64,000 nucleotides of DNA from assembly GCA_016866495.1 (NCBI GenBank), contig VGMG01000006.1, positions 28,513-92,512 on the forward strand, in the 5' to 3' direction. Numbering within the stretch: position 1 is the first letter of the stretch; every line of letters begins with the position of its first letter. The notes beneath the pieces were generated by a model. The model had not been told where the DNA came from. It searched no databases and worked only from the letters and a program-made list of their open reading frames with translations. Shown in pieces: positions 19,070-28,176 of this stretch. Both the position numbers and the translations under genes were made by a program. The stretch comes from Chlamydiota bacterium (lineage in GTDB: Bacteria; Chlamydiota; Chlamydiia; Chlamydiales; RGXB01).

Positions 19070-19690
19070 ATGAGAAGGGTCTGGAACCGATTAAGACAGC
19101 TTGCATTTTACCCTGAAGAGGAGCGAATCTACGTCTGGATCCTTATGGGGCCTTTTTTCTTAACGCTTTTGCTTCTACCCCAGTTATCAAAATTTGCTCC
19201 CCTTCAGCTTACCTTGGCTTTAGGGTCCATTTCGTTGTCGTGGATGTTGGCGATCTTTTTTGGATTAGAGACACTGCAAATTACTCAAAAGATGCGGTCT
19301 TTAGAGGCTCAATTAGGGACTTTCGAGGCTGAAAAAACAAAACTTGAAGAGAACCATCAACACGATTTAGAAGATCTTAAAGGCTCTTTAAATGTTTTAT
19401 ACGCAGAGCTTGACGACAGCTCGCAAAAGCTTACCGATGAAAAAAACCAAAAAGAGAGTGTCATGCTTGAATGGGAAAAAGAGAAGGCACTGGTAGAGAC
19501 TATGCAGCAGTCGGTAAATCTTCTAGACGAAGAACTCATAGAGATGAAAGAAAAATTTCGAGCCGTTAACAGCGAATTGAAGGTGTACAAATCCTCCTCT
19601 TACACCCGTTACGAGGTGAAACATATGGTTGACGAATTGAATCGTTACCGTGTCAAAGAGAAGCAGGCCTCTTTACTTACACAACAGTAG
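19070..19690 (+). CDS. Membrane protein with bilobed hydrophobic domain plus coiled coil (Inc-like candidate)
   Basis: 206 aa. Two adjacent hydrophobic segments (approx aa 20-39 and 45-66) separated by SKFAP. The rest is a heptad-rich, E/K/L-rich C-terminal part. Confidence 0.55.
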   Translation: MRRVWNRLRQLAFYPEEERIYVWILMGPFFLTLLLLPQLSKFAPLQLTLALGSISLSWMLAIFFGLETLQITQKMRSLEAQLGTFEAEKTKLEENHQHDLEDLKGSLNVLYAELDDSSQKLTDEKNQKESVMLEWEKEKALVETMQQSVNLLDEELIEMKEKFRAVNSELKVYKSSSYTRYEVKHMVDELNRYRVKEKQASLLTQQ

Positions 19691-19701
19691 CAACATCTCT
19701 T

Positions 19702-20556
19702 TTAATGAGTCTTTTGATCGATGAAAAGATCAGGAACACCCTCGTAGGCATCTTTAGCGTCAATCAAAGTCAAAATTTCATGCCCAGTGGATGTAATGAG
19801 TATCGTGTGTTCAAATTGTGCGCTCAATGAGCCATCAGTAGTGCGAGCCGTCCATTGATCTTTTTTGTCCACTACGGCTTCACTTAATCCAAGGTTGATC
19901 ATAGGCTCGATGGTAAAGGTCATACCCGGTTGCATAAGAATATCCACTTTGGGTCTATTGGCGTAATGAAAGATAGCTGGCTCCTCGTGAAAATGGCATC
20001 CTATGCCATGGCCAACAAACTGATGTACAACAGAACAACCGAGGCTATCAGCGACTTTTTGTATCTCATTACCGATTTGAGAAAGTTTAGCGCCTGGCCG
20101 GCAAACATTAATAGCGGCCTTCAAGGAGTTGTAAGATGCCTCTATGACCCGATAGGCATCCTCTGAGCAGCTTTTTACCACAACAGTACGACTTAAGTCC
20201 CCGTAGTAGCCGTCTACTATAGAGGTGACATCGACATTGATGATATCTCCTTCAACAAGGGGGCGGTTGTCCGGAATTCCATGGCAGATAACATCATTGA
20301 TAGAGGTGCAGATAGAGGCGGGAAAAGGGGGTTGCCCGTATCCTAATGGTGCTGGTACGGCAGAAAACATTTTATGAAGCTCTAGAGACATAAGATCGAG
20401 CTCTTTTGTGGTGATTCCAGGTCTTACCTCTTTACAAAGTAGGTTAAGGATTTTAGCAGCGACTCTGGAGGCATGACGGATTCCGATAATTTGCTTTTGG
20501 GTTTTTAAGAAGATATTATGTTTTTTTTTATACAGGGAGTGTAAGGTCTCGATCAT
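19702..20556 (-). CDS. map: Methionine aminopeptidase, type I
   Basis: 284 aa. VICHGIPD, DIINVDV, GHGIG..HEEP and EHTILIT metal-ligand motifs. Confidence 0.93.
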   Translation of the reverse strand: MIETLHSLYKKKHNIFLKTQKQIIGIRHASRVAAKILNLLCKEVRPGITTKELDLMSLELHKMFSAVPAPLGYGQPPFPASICTSINDVICHGIPDNRPLVEGDIINVDVTSIVDGYYGDLSRTVVVKSCSEDAYRVIEASYNSLKAAINVCRPGAKLSQIGNEIQKVADSLGCSVVHQFVGHGIGCHFHEEPAIFHYANRPKVDILMQPGMTFTIEPMINLGLSEAVVDKKDQWTARTTDGSLSAQFEHTILITSTGHEILTLIDAKDAYEGVPDLFIDQKTH

Positions 20557-21295
20557 AGTGAATTTTTTTTAAAATTAGTCCTTTTGGGGGGAGAGTAGGT
20601 CCACAAGCTTGTGGGCAAAACTCCTCGAGCCCCCTCTTAAGGGATGTTAAAGAAAGCTTACCATAACCGATATAAAGGAGTGTACCAGCAATTTTTCGAC
20701 ACATTTTGTAAAGAAAACGGTCCGCGCGTATTTTCATCACAAAGCTGTCGTCAGCGATTTGATCAAACTTAAGGGATTCGATATTACAGATGCGATTTTC
20801 TCGTCTACTCTGGGCATTTTCAAAAATTCGAAAATCTTTTTTTCCTACAAACAAAAAAAGAGAGGATTCAATTTTACTCAGATCTATGGGTTGTATGGAT
20901 AAACTAAATCTTTCTATAGAGGGCGGTTTATCTCCTTTGTGAAACCTGTAATGATATTCTTTAGATTTTGCCTCTAATGAAGGGTGGAAGTCCAAAGGGC
21001 AGCTTTCTAAAGATAGAACTCGAATATCAGCAGCAAGACGAAGGTTGAGAGTCGAAAGGTCAGGTAAAAGAGGGACGAAGGAGGAGTCTAATGTAAAATA
21101 GACTTTTTGATCCTCTGCGTGCACGCCTCTATCGGTTCTTGAGGCGACTAAAAAATTTTTTAAGGGTAATCCCAACGCATCCTGAAGACAGGTTTTGATG
21201 CTACGGTTTTTAGGACAATACCAGCCAAAAAAATCGGTTCCGTCATAGGATACTGTCATTAGGTAGGCTTGCAATTTTTTATCCTTTAAAGACAA
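20528..21295 (-). CDS. truA: tRNA pseudouridine(38-40) synthase TruA
   Basis: 255 aa. SYDGTDFFGW and catalytic RTDRGVHA motifs. Confidence 0.9.
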   Translation of the reverse strand: MSLKDKKLQAYLMTVSYDGTDFFGWYCPKNRSIKTCLQDALGLPLKNFLVASRTDRGVHAEDQKVYFTLDSSFVPLLPDLSTLNLRLAADIRVLSLESCPLDFHPSLEAKSKEYHYRFHKGDKPPSIERFSLSIQPIDLSKIESSLFLFVGKKDFRIFENAQSRRENRICNIESLKFDQIADDSFVMKIRADRFLYKMCRKIAGTLLYIGYGKLSLTSLKRGLEEFCPQACGPTLPPKGLILKKIHYDRDLTLPV

Positions 21296-21349
21296 ATATT
21301 TTAATCAAAACTGCGGGATTTATCGAGAGAATTTTGTCTCAAGAAAAAT

Positions 21350-21991
21350 TTATTGCCCTTTGATTAAAGCAGAAAAACCATCTAAAAATAATTGCACTGC
21401 TAGAATAGTTAATATAAGCCCCATAAGTTTTTCTACAGCTAGTATCCCCCGATTTCCCAGGACTCGGCTAATAGGGGTTGATAGAAGTAAAATGGAAGTT
21501 GTAATAATCCAGGCAATAAAAATAGCTACAAGAAGCACATCCTGAATTTCAGGATCTTTGGAAAAAACCATAATAGCAGCCAATACAGTCGGCCCGGCAA
21601 CCATAGGTACAGCCAGCGGAACGATAAAAGGCTCCTCTTTTAGTTTGTACTTTTCCTCATCTTGAGGAGAAAAAATCATTTTCAATGCAATGATGAAAAG
21701 GATGATTCCGCCTGCGATTTGAATAGACTGATTTTGAATCCCCAGGTGATTGAGTACGTAATTACCACAAAAAGCGAAAAAAAACATAATGATGAGCGCA
21801 ATCACAAGTTCTCTTGCGATGACCACAAGTTGACGCATTGGGGATAGCTGTTTTAAAAGAGCCAAAAATATGGTAATATTCCCCAATCCATCCATAAGAA
21901 GAATAAGAGTAACTGTAACAGATACGAACTGTATAGAGAGAACTTTATCTAACATAATCCCATCTGTAGCAATTTTATTGAATTGGATCAA
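21350..21991 (-). CDS. MarC-family (UPF0056) integral membrane protein, copy 1
   Basis: 213 aa, ~6 TM. PFIVPLAVPMVAGPT motif typical of the MarC family. Confidence 0.8.
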   Translation of the reverse strand: MIQFNKIATDGIMLDKVLSIQFVSVTVTLILLMDGLGNITIFLALLKQLSPMRQLVVIARELVIALIIMFFFAFCGNYVLNHLGIQNQSIQIAGGIILFIIALKMIFSPQDEEKYKLKEEPFIVPLAVPMVAGPTVLAAIMVFSKDPEIQDVLLVAIFIAWIITTSILLLSTPISRVLGNRGILAVEKLMGLILTILAVQLFLDGFSALIKGQ

Positions 21992-22004
21992 CGAGAATAT
22001 CTAG

Positions 22005-23027
22005 TTATGTTTGAAACTTTTTTGAGCTTTGAAAAAGTTCTTTTACCTTAGACTTTACCTCATCGCTTAGGTGATCCAGCCGGATAAGATAATCCCGATT
22101 TTTTTCAAAAGCCGATTTTGTCCAGTTAGCCGATCCAAAGAAAAAAATCTCTCCATCGATTAGGCACATTTTATGATGCATCAAACCCTGGTGATTATTT
22201 TGTTTTATTAAGGCGCCATTTTTGCTAAGAAGTTCTGCGACCTGCTTGGACGCCCCCTTTTTGCTTTTTTTATCCAAAGTGACTTCCACCTTCACCCCGC
22301 GGCGAAGAGCGCTTATAAGAGCATCAGAAATCTTCAGGTGCGTAAATGTAAAAATTTGACATTCAATCCTCTCTTTAGCCGCATCAATAGCATGGATCAA
22401 AGAGCTCAACGCAGCCATTTTTTGCCCTGGTAAGGAATAGAAGGAAAATCTTGCCTCAGGAAAACTCTCTTCAATCAAAAATGGGTAATGGGGATCCTCG
22501 ATTTGAGCACAAATTTTTGCTGTGAGCTCGGGAGAATAGAACCCCACTAAAAGGTTGTCATGCATTTTGTAAGAGGCATGGGTGAAGTTTGTAGAACCTA
22601 AAAAAACAAGCTTATCGTCTATAGCAAGAATTTTTTGGTGCATTAACCCGGAGGCCCTATGCCCTTTAGTGGAAAAATCAAGTAAAGCTTCATTGAGCCG
22701 AGGAAAAGATTTTGCATCGTAGTGTAAAAAAATCTCTATACCCTCCTCTGCTCTTTTTTTTAAAAGCTGAAGTAAACCGGGCTCAAACTCCCCAAAAGTG
22801 GAGAGGACTATACGCTTAGTAGCTTTTTCAATCGGGTGATAAAGGGTTTTTTGTAAATCATGGAAGGTCTGATTCGAGTAAAACTCAATCAAAGAGGTGG
22901 GCGAAGGGGAAGTAGGCTCAGTAAAATAGGGTCTTAAGCTAAAAAAAAGAAGAGCTAAGAGCACCATTGGAAGCCTAACCCCTCTTTTCACCCAAGAGAG
23001 AGGGGTTAATAACAAAGATCTAAGCAA
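22005..23027 (-). CDS. Phospholipase D-family protein with two HKD motifs and an N-terminal signal/anchor
   Basis: 340 aa. HQKILAIDDKLVFLGSTNFT and HHKMCLIDGEIFFFGSANWT (HxK..D..GSxN twice). Hydrophobic N-terminus. Confidence 0.85.
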   Translation of the reverse strand: MLRSLLLTPLSWVKRGVRLPMVLLALLFFSLRPYFTEPTSPSPTSLIEFYSNQTFHDLQKTLYHPIEKATKRIVLSTFGEFEPGLLQLLKKRAEEGIEIFLHYDAKSFPRLNEALLDFSTKGHRASGLMHQKILAIDDKLVFLGSTNFTHASYKMHDNLLVGFYSPELTAKICAQIEDPHYPFLIEESFPEARFSFYSLPGQKMAALSSLIHAIDAAKERIECQIFTFTHLKISDALISALRRGVKVEVTLDKKSKKGASKQVAELLSKNGALIKQNNHQGLMHHKMCLIDGEIFFFGSANWTKSAFEKNRDYLIRLDHLSDEVKSKVKELFQSSKKFQT

Positions 23028-23032
23028 CGAAT

Positions 23033-23296
23033 CTAAGCTCTTTTTGCTTCTCTAAAGGCTTTTTGCAGTCCCTTCTTCTCAATAGTGCGGATTGCAGCTG
23101 TAGAAACACGCAAAGTGATAAAAGTTTTGGACTCTTCATCCCAGAAACGTTTTTTTTGTAGATTGGGTTCAAAACGAACTTTCGTTTTCCCCGTGATTTT
23201 AATACCGATACCCTTTTTCTTCTTGGCAATACCACGTGTAGTATAGCTTCGACCTTTACAAGGGCGGCGTTGTGTCAATTCACAAACTTTAGACAT
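23033..23296 (-). CDS. rpmB: 50S ribosomal protein L28
   Basis: 87 aa. MSKVCELT..R...G...S.....K.... L28 pattern and basic composition. Confidence 0.92.
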   Translation of the reverse strand: MSKVCELTQRRPCKGRSYTTRGIAKKKKGIGIKITGKTKVRFEPNLQKKRFWDEESKTFITLRVSTAAIRTIEKKGLQKAFREAKRA

Positions 23297-23308
23297 CGAA
23301 CGTACCTA

Positions 23309-23920
23309 TCAAATTGTTGAACTTTTTAGTTGGAGCATAAATAGGTCGGCAACTATACGGGCAAGACCCGAGGTGAGCATCTGTACCGAAATTAATACGA
23401 TCACAAGACCACCAAGTTTTTCACAAGCTACCATCCCTTTGCTTCCAAGGAAATTTTTTAATTGTGAGGACCAAAACAGAAGTATTGCAGTCGAGAACCA
23501 GGCAACGAAAATCACTGCAAGCAACGTCAATCTGCTATCGATATTAGCTCCAAGTGTCATCACGTTTGTCATGCTACCTGCCCCCGCCAATAGTGGGAAA
23601 GCCATGGGAACGATGAAGGGCTCTGACTCGGTCGCTTCTACAGTTTGCGGTTTAGGGAAAAGCATCCCTATAGCAATGATCAACAGGATTAATCCACCAG
23701 AAACCTCTAGAACACCGCGGCCTACGCCAAGAATTCCAAGAATTTCTTTACCTAAAAAAGCAAAGCCCAAAAGGATGATGAATGCGATGAATAACTCGCG
23801 CACAATAATCTGTTTTTGACGCGCCTCAGGGTAGCGGCTCAATAGACCCGCAAATAAAGGGATGTTACCCAAGCCATTCAACACAAAAAATAATGCTATT
23901 ACTGCTGATTGAAAGTCCAT
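23309..23920 (-). CDS. MarC-family (UPF0056) integral membrane protein, copy 2
   Basis: 203 aa. PFIVPMAFPLLAGAGS motif. Paralogous to the 21350-21991 ORF. Confidence 0.8.
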   Translation of the reverse strand: MDFQSAVIALFFVLNGLGNIPLFAGLLSRYPEARQKQIIVRELFIAFIILLGFAFLGKEILGILGVGRGVLEVSGGLILLIIAIGMLFPKPQTVEATESEPFIVPMAFPLLAGAGSMTNVMTLGANIDSRLTLLAVIFVAWFSTAILLFWSSQLKNFLGSKGMVACEKLGGLVIVLISVQMLTSGLARIVADLFMLQLKSSTI

Positions 23921-23995
23921 GGCTACAGAGTTTACTCTATTGGGTGTCTAAAATCTAGCACTTTTTTCAACAAAAGGGCTATACTCGTAACCTGT

Positions 23996-25252
23996 ATGGA
24001 AAAAAAACGGTTTAAAATAGCGGCATTAGGCTGCAGGACGAACCAATACGAGGCGCAGGCCTTCAGAGACCAACTCCTTACTTTAGGTTACGAGGAGGCT
24101 CAAGAGGGGCAGCAAGCCGACATTTGTATTGTCAACACCTGCACGGTGACTAAGTCCGCTGACGAGCGTAGTAGACACCAGATCCGCTCATTGAACCGAG
24201 AGCATCCCGATTCAAAAATTTTTGTGACAGGCTGCATGACAGAAAAGCAGTCCCCAGCCCTCTTAAATATTGGGGGTGTGGCTGGAGTTGTGAAGAATAA
24301 AGACAAAGAAAATCTTTTAAAATTTGCGTTTCCTGAACAAGAGATTCCTGAGTTCAAGATTGAGCGGTTTGAAGCCCACACAAGAGCCTTTGTAAAAGTG
24401 CAAGATGGTTGCAACTCCTTTTGTTCGTACTGCATTATCCCCTACGTGCGGGGGCGCTCGCGCTCTAGGCGCTTACAAAGCATTTTAGATGAGGTGCAAG
24501 GGTTGGTAAAAAATGGCTTTTATGAGATCGTATTAACCGGTATCAATATCGGTGATTATGACGGTGCACCTAGCGAGGGTGAAAAGCCGGTGCGCTTAAG
24601 CACTCTAACAAAAGCTGTCAGTGCAATCGATGGGGTTCGCCGTTTGAGAATCTCCTCAATTGATCCTGACGAAGTGGACGATGAATTGATTGAAGTGATT
24701 AAAAATTCCACGAATTGTGTCCCCTCGATGCATGTAGTTCTGCAGTCTGGATCTAATACGGTTTTGAAAAGAATGCGACGCAAATATACCGTACAACAAT
24801 TTTTTGACACCGTCGATCGACTGAAAAGTGCCATTCCCTCTTTTACATTCACAACGGATATCATCGTGGGTTTTCCCGGGGAGACCCCGGAAGAATTTCA
24901 GGAGACTTTGGATGTGATGGACCGCGTAAGCTTTTTGAAAGTGCACATGTTCCCTTACTCAAAAAGAGAGGGAACTTTAGCAGCCAGGATGCCTAATCAT
25001 CTGGACTCGGTAACGGTTCAAAGCCGTAAACAGACTTTGCTCGAAAAGGCGGAAAAACTCTCCTTTCTTGAGAGGCAGCCTTATGTAGGACAGATTCTAG
25101 AGGTGCTAGTGGAATCGCATAATTTTGGTCACACAGAGAACTTTCTCCCCGTACAAATTGAGGGGCCTCTATTAGAGAAAAATCAATTTGTGAAAGTACA
25201 AATAGTCGAAAATCAAAAAGAGGCTCTTACCGGTGTCGTGGTTTCAAGTTAA
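23996..25252 (+). CDS. MiaB-family radical-SAM methylthiotransferase (MtaB-like)
   Basis: Start moved to ATG 23996 (MEKKRFKIAALGCRTNQYE). Radical-SAM CNSFCSYC cluster and C-terminal TRAM-like domain. Confidence 0.85.
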   Translation: MEKKRFKIAALGCRTNQYEAQAFRDQLLTLGYEEAQEGQQADICIVNTCTVTKSADERSRHQIRSLNREHPDSKIFVTGCMTEKQSPALLNIGGVAGVVKNKDKENLLKFAFPEQEIPEFKIERFEAHTRAFVKVQDGCNSFCSYCIIPYVRGRSRSRRLQSILDEVQGLVKNGFYEIVLTGINIGDYDGAPSEGEKPVRLSTLTKAVSAIDGVRRLRISSIDPDEVDDELIEVIKNSTNCVPSMHVVLQSGSNTVLKRMRRKYTVQQFFDTVDRLKSAIPSFTFTTDIIVGFPGETPEEFQETLDVMDRVSFLKVHMFPYSKREGTLAARMPNHLDSVTVQSRKQTLLEKAEKLSFLERQPYVGQILEVLVESHNFGHTENFLPVQIEGPLLEKNQFVKVQIVENQKEALTGVVVSS

Positions 25253-26084
25253 AAAGTTGCAATACCCTATTTCTCGTCGCTCCTGTTTGAAGGCGGTAGT
25301 GCCCCAGACCCAGACGATATTTACCATATCGCATAAGGCTATAGAGTCCGAGGGGATTAGTTATGCTTTTGAAACTCCTCTAGATCGTTCCACAATGAGC
25401 ACACAGCTTGAGCTTGACCGTAACCAGATCCGTATTAACTATGTGAAAGAGGGAAAACAAAAGCATTTTTTGATCAACTCAAAAGGGTTGTTTGATAGAA
25501 CCGAATGCCTGAATTCTTTTTCGAACCCCTCTTTGCAACAAACCCCTTTGGAGGTTTTAGATCTAGGTTCTCATAAAAGAATAGATATAGATGCCGGTGG
25601 CAGAAATACCCCTTTAGACCAGCTTTTACCCGCATGGTTTTCTTTAGGGCAGTTACCTGGAACAACACAAATACTAGAGCTAAACGATCTGAAAGAGTAC
25701 TACCTTGATCATTTTGAGGATCTTTTTTCTTTTAAAACACCTATGGCACTTCAGACCGGTTACCATTCGATCCGTTCCTATTTTTTTACTTCAGATAGCC
25801 AAATATTAAACTTTCTTCCCGCCTTACCAAAAGGGTTAGATTCTGGAAAAATGCGCCTTTTTGCAAATGATTTGACCATTACCCTGGAATGGTCTAAAAG
25901 AGAGGTTAAGAGGATCGTGATGCAAGCCCATCAAGAGGGTGTGTGGAAACTAGATTTTGGAAAAAAATTCCAATCGATGCAAAAACGCAAAGATCACAAG
26001 ATGCAAAGTGCCCAAAAAGTTTGTGCCGACACGATCTCCTTGAAAAAAGGGGAGTACGCCTTTCTTGATCAATTTAGACGATAA
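25233..26084 (+). CDS. Hypothetical protein (283 aa), overlapping both the mtaB-like gene and glgB
   Basis: GTG start preceded by AAGAGG at 9 nt. 20-nt overlaps at both ends. No recognisable motif, no TM. Confidence 0.5.
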   Translation: MSWFQVKKLQYPISRRSCLKAVVPQTQTIFTISHKAIESEGISYAFETPLDRSTMSTQLELDRNQIRINYVKEGKQKHFLINSKGLFDRTECLNSFSNPSLQQTPLEVLDLGSHKRIDIDAGGRNTPLDQLLPAWFSLGQLPGTTQILELNDLKEYYLDHFEDLFSFKTPMALQTGYHSIRSYFFTSDSQILNFLPALPKGLDSGKMRLFANDLTITLEWSKREVKRIVMQAHQEGVWKLDFGKKFQSMQKRKDHKMQSAQKVCADTISLKKGEYAFLDQFRR

Positions 26085-28176
26085 TTTCTATCTGAATCCT
26101 CACACCTTTCTAGGTCCTAAAGAGAATTGTATTCGCTTTTATAGACCCGGGTACGAGCATTTTTCTTTTAATTATAAAAACAACAGAGTCGAAGCTAAAC
26201 GTATAGGTGATTCCCCTTTTTTTGAATACCCGGTTACAAAAGCTGCAAGTTTTGAAGATTACACAATCGAAGGTGATAGGCACGACCCTTACGCTTTTTG
26301 GCCTACACTAGGCCCACAAGACGCACACTACTTCAATGAAGGGGTGCATTATGAGCTTTATAAAACACTAGGAGCCAACCCCTGTGTGCATCAGGGGGTC
26401 GAAGGGGTCAAATTTCTTATTTGGGCTCCTAACGCCAAAAAGGTGTTTCTATCGGGAGATTTTAATTATTTTGATCATCGGATGCATCCGATGAGACAGC
26501 TTGGAACAACCGGTATTTTTGAAATCTTTATTCCTAAGCTTACTCTTTACACCCGATATCTATTTCGTATCCACACAGCTCAGGGAGAAATTTTTGAAAA
26601 ACTTGATCCTTTTGCTTTTCAAATAGAGCATAAATCTTCACCAAGTGCTGTTGTTGTAGATAAAAAAAGTTATGTTTGGAAGGACTCTAGCTGGATTGAA
26701 AAAAAATCTAAATACAATTTCAGAAATGCCCCATTAAATATTTATGAAGTCCATTTAGGAACTTTTCATCGTGAGGCTCAAAGCTATCTTAGCTTGATTT
26801 ATCACCTAGTTCCTTATGTAAAAAAAATGGGCTTTACGCATGTAGAATTCATGCCGGTAACGGAGTATCCACTTGATGAATCCTGGGGGTACCAATGCTC
26901 AGGGTATTTTGCTCCGACATCGCGTTACGGTACATTGGATCAATTCAAAGAACTTGTAGATGCATTCCATAAAGAGGGAATAGGGGTCATTGTCGACTGG
27001 GTGGGAGCCCATTTTCCCCATGATGGTCATGCCTTAGCCTACTTTGATGGTACACATTTGTACGAGCATGACTGCCCAAAAAGAGGTTGGCATCCCCATT
27101 GGGGAACAAAAATATTCAATTATGGAAGAACTGAGGTCAAAAATTTTCTTATTGCCAGTGCGTTATACTGGTTAAGAGAGTTACACGTTGATGGATTGCG
27201 CCTTGATGCTGTTGCCTCGATGCTTTATTTAGATTACGGAAGAACAGACGGGGAGTGGTCTGCTAATCGCTACGGAGGGAACACCGACATTGAAGCGATT
27301 GAGATGATCAAACACTTGAATTCGATAGTACATGAGCTTGTCCCGGGCTCTTTGATGATCGCAGAGGACTCCTCAGATTATCGGGGAGTTACAGCCCCCT
27401 TAGAGTGGGGTGGGCTAGGTTTTGACATGAAGTGGCAGATGGGTTGGATGAATGATACGTTACGGTTTTTTTCATTAGACCCTATTTATCGCTCCTTCCA
27501 TCACAAGGATATTACTTTCTCTTTGCTCTATTACTATACCGAAAAATATCTTAAGCCCCTGTCGCACGATGAGGTGGTACATGGAAAAAGAAGCCTAATG
27601 GAAAAAATGCCGGGCGACCCTTTTTCAAAATTTGCTCAGCTCAAACTTTTGATTGGACATACGATGTGTATGCCCGGAAAAAAGTTGTTTTTTATGGGTT
27701 ACGAGATCGCAGAAGGACAAGAGTGGTCTGAGAAAAGGCCCCTTCCTTGGCACCTGTTGGAGCACGGTTTTCAAAAAGGCGTACATAACTACGTTGAGAA
27801 ATTAAATCATTTTTATCTATCACAAGATGCTTTTTGGTTTCATGATTTTGAGCACTATGGGTTTCAATGGATAGATTTTTCCGATTCTGAAAGGAATGTA
27901 TTCTCTTATATTCGACGAGGAACTTTAAAAACCTTTTTGATCGTTGACCACATGACAAAAAGCTATCATGGACACTACGTGATTTGGATTCCAAATGTGA
28001 GAAAAGCTGTAGAAAGATTCAACAGCGATGACGAAATTTTTCATGGTAGTGGAAAAACAAACCCCAATCCTGTCATTATCTTTAACCAAGAGGGGAGGCC
28101 CATCGGTTTGGAAATCCGTTTGGCCCCTTTTGCGAATATGATATTTGAGGTGGATTTTGAAGGCTACTCGGGCTGA
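26065..28176 (+). CDS. glgB: 1,4-alpha-glucan branching enzyme
   Basis: 703 aa. GH13 motifs (DWVGAHF, GLRLDAVASM, IAEDSS) preceded by a CBM48-like region. TTG start. Confidence 0.93.
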   Translation: MINLDDNFYLNPHTFLGPKENCIRFYRPGYEHFSFNYKNNRVEAKRIGDSPFFEYPVTKAASFEDYTIEGDRHDPYAFWPTLGPQDAHYFNEGVHYELYKTLGANPCVHQGVEGVKFLIWAPNAKKVFLSGDFNYFDHRMHPMRQLGTTGIFEIFIPKLTLYTRYLFRIHTAQGEIFEKLDPFAFQIEHKSSPSAVVVDKKSYVWKDSSWIEKKSKYNFRNAPLNIYEVHLGTFHREAQSYLSLIYHLVPYVKKMGFTHVEFMPVTEYPLDESWGYQCSGYFAPTSRYGTLDQFKELVDAFHKEGIGVIVDWVGAHFPHDGHALAYFDGTHLYEHDCPKRGWHPHWGTKIFNYGRTEVKNFLIASALYWLRELHVDGLRLDAVASMLYLDYGRTDGEWSANRYGGNTDIEAIEMIKHLNSIVHELVPGSLMIAEDSSDYRGVTAPLEWGGLGFDMKWQMGWMNDTLRFFSLDPIYRSFHHKDITFSLLYYYTEKYLKPLSHDEVVHGKRSLMEKMPGDPFSKFAQLKLLIGHTMCMPGKKLFFMGYEIAEGQEWSEKRPLPWHLLEHGFQKGVHNYVEKLNHFYLSQDAFWFHDFEHYGFQWIDFSDSERNVFSYIRRGTLKTFLIVDHMTKSYHGHYVIWIPNVRKAVERFNSDDEIFHGSGKTNPNPVIIFNQEGRPIGLEIRLAPFANMIFEVDFEGYSG

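Noticed and set aside
23373-23819. 148-aa plus-strand ORF antisense to the second MarC gene, and similar antisense ORFs (1364-1735, 18640-19032, 31151-31555, 46047-46445)
   Set aside because: Each is fully embedded antisense in a well-supported gene, has Ser/Arg/Pro-rich composition typical of antisense frames, and has no start-site signals.
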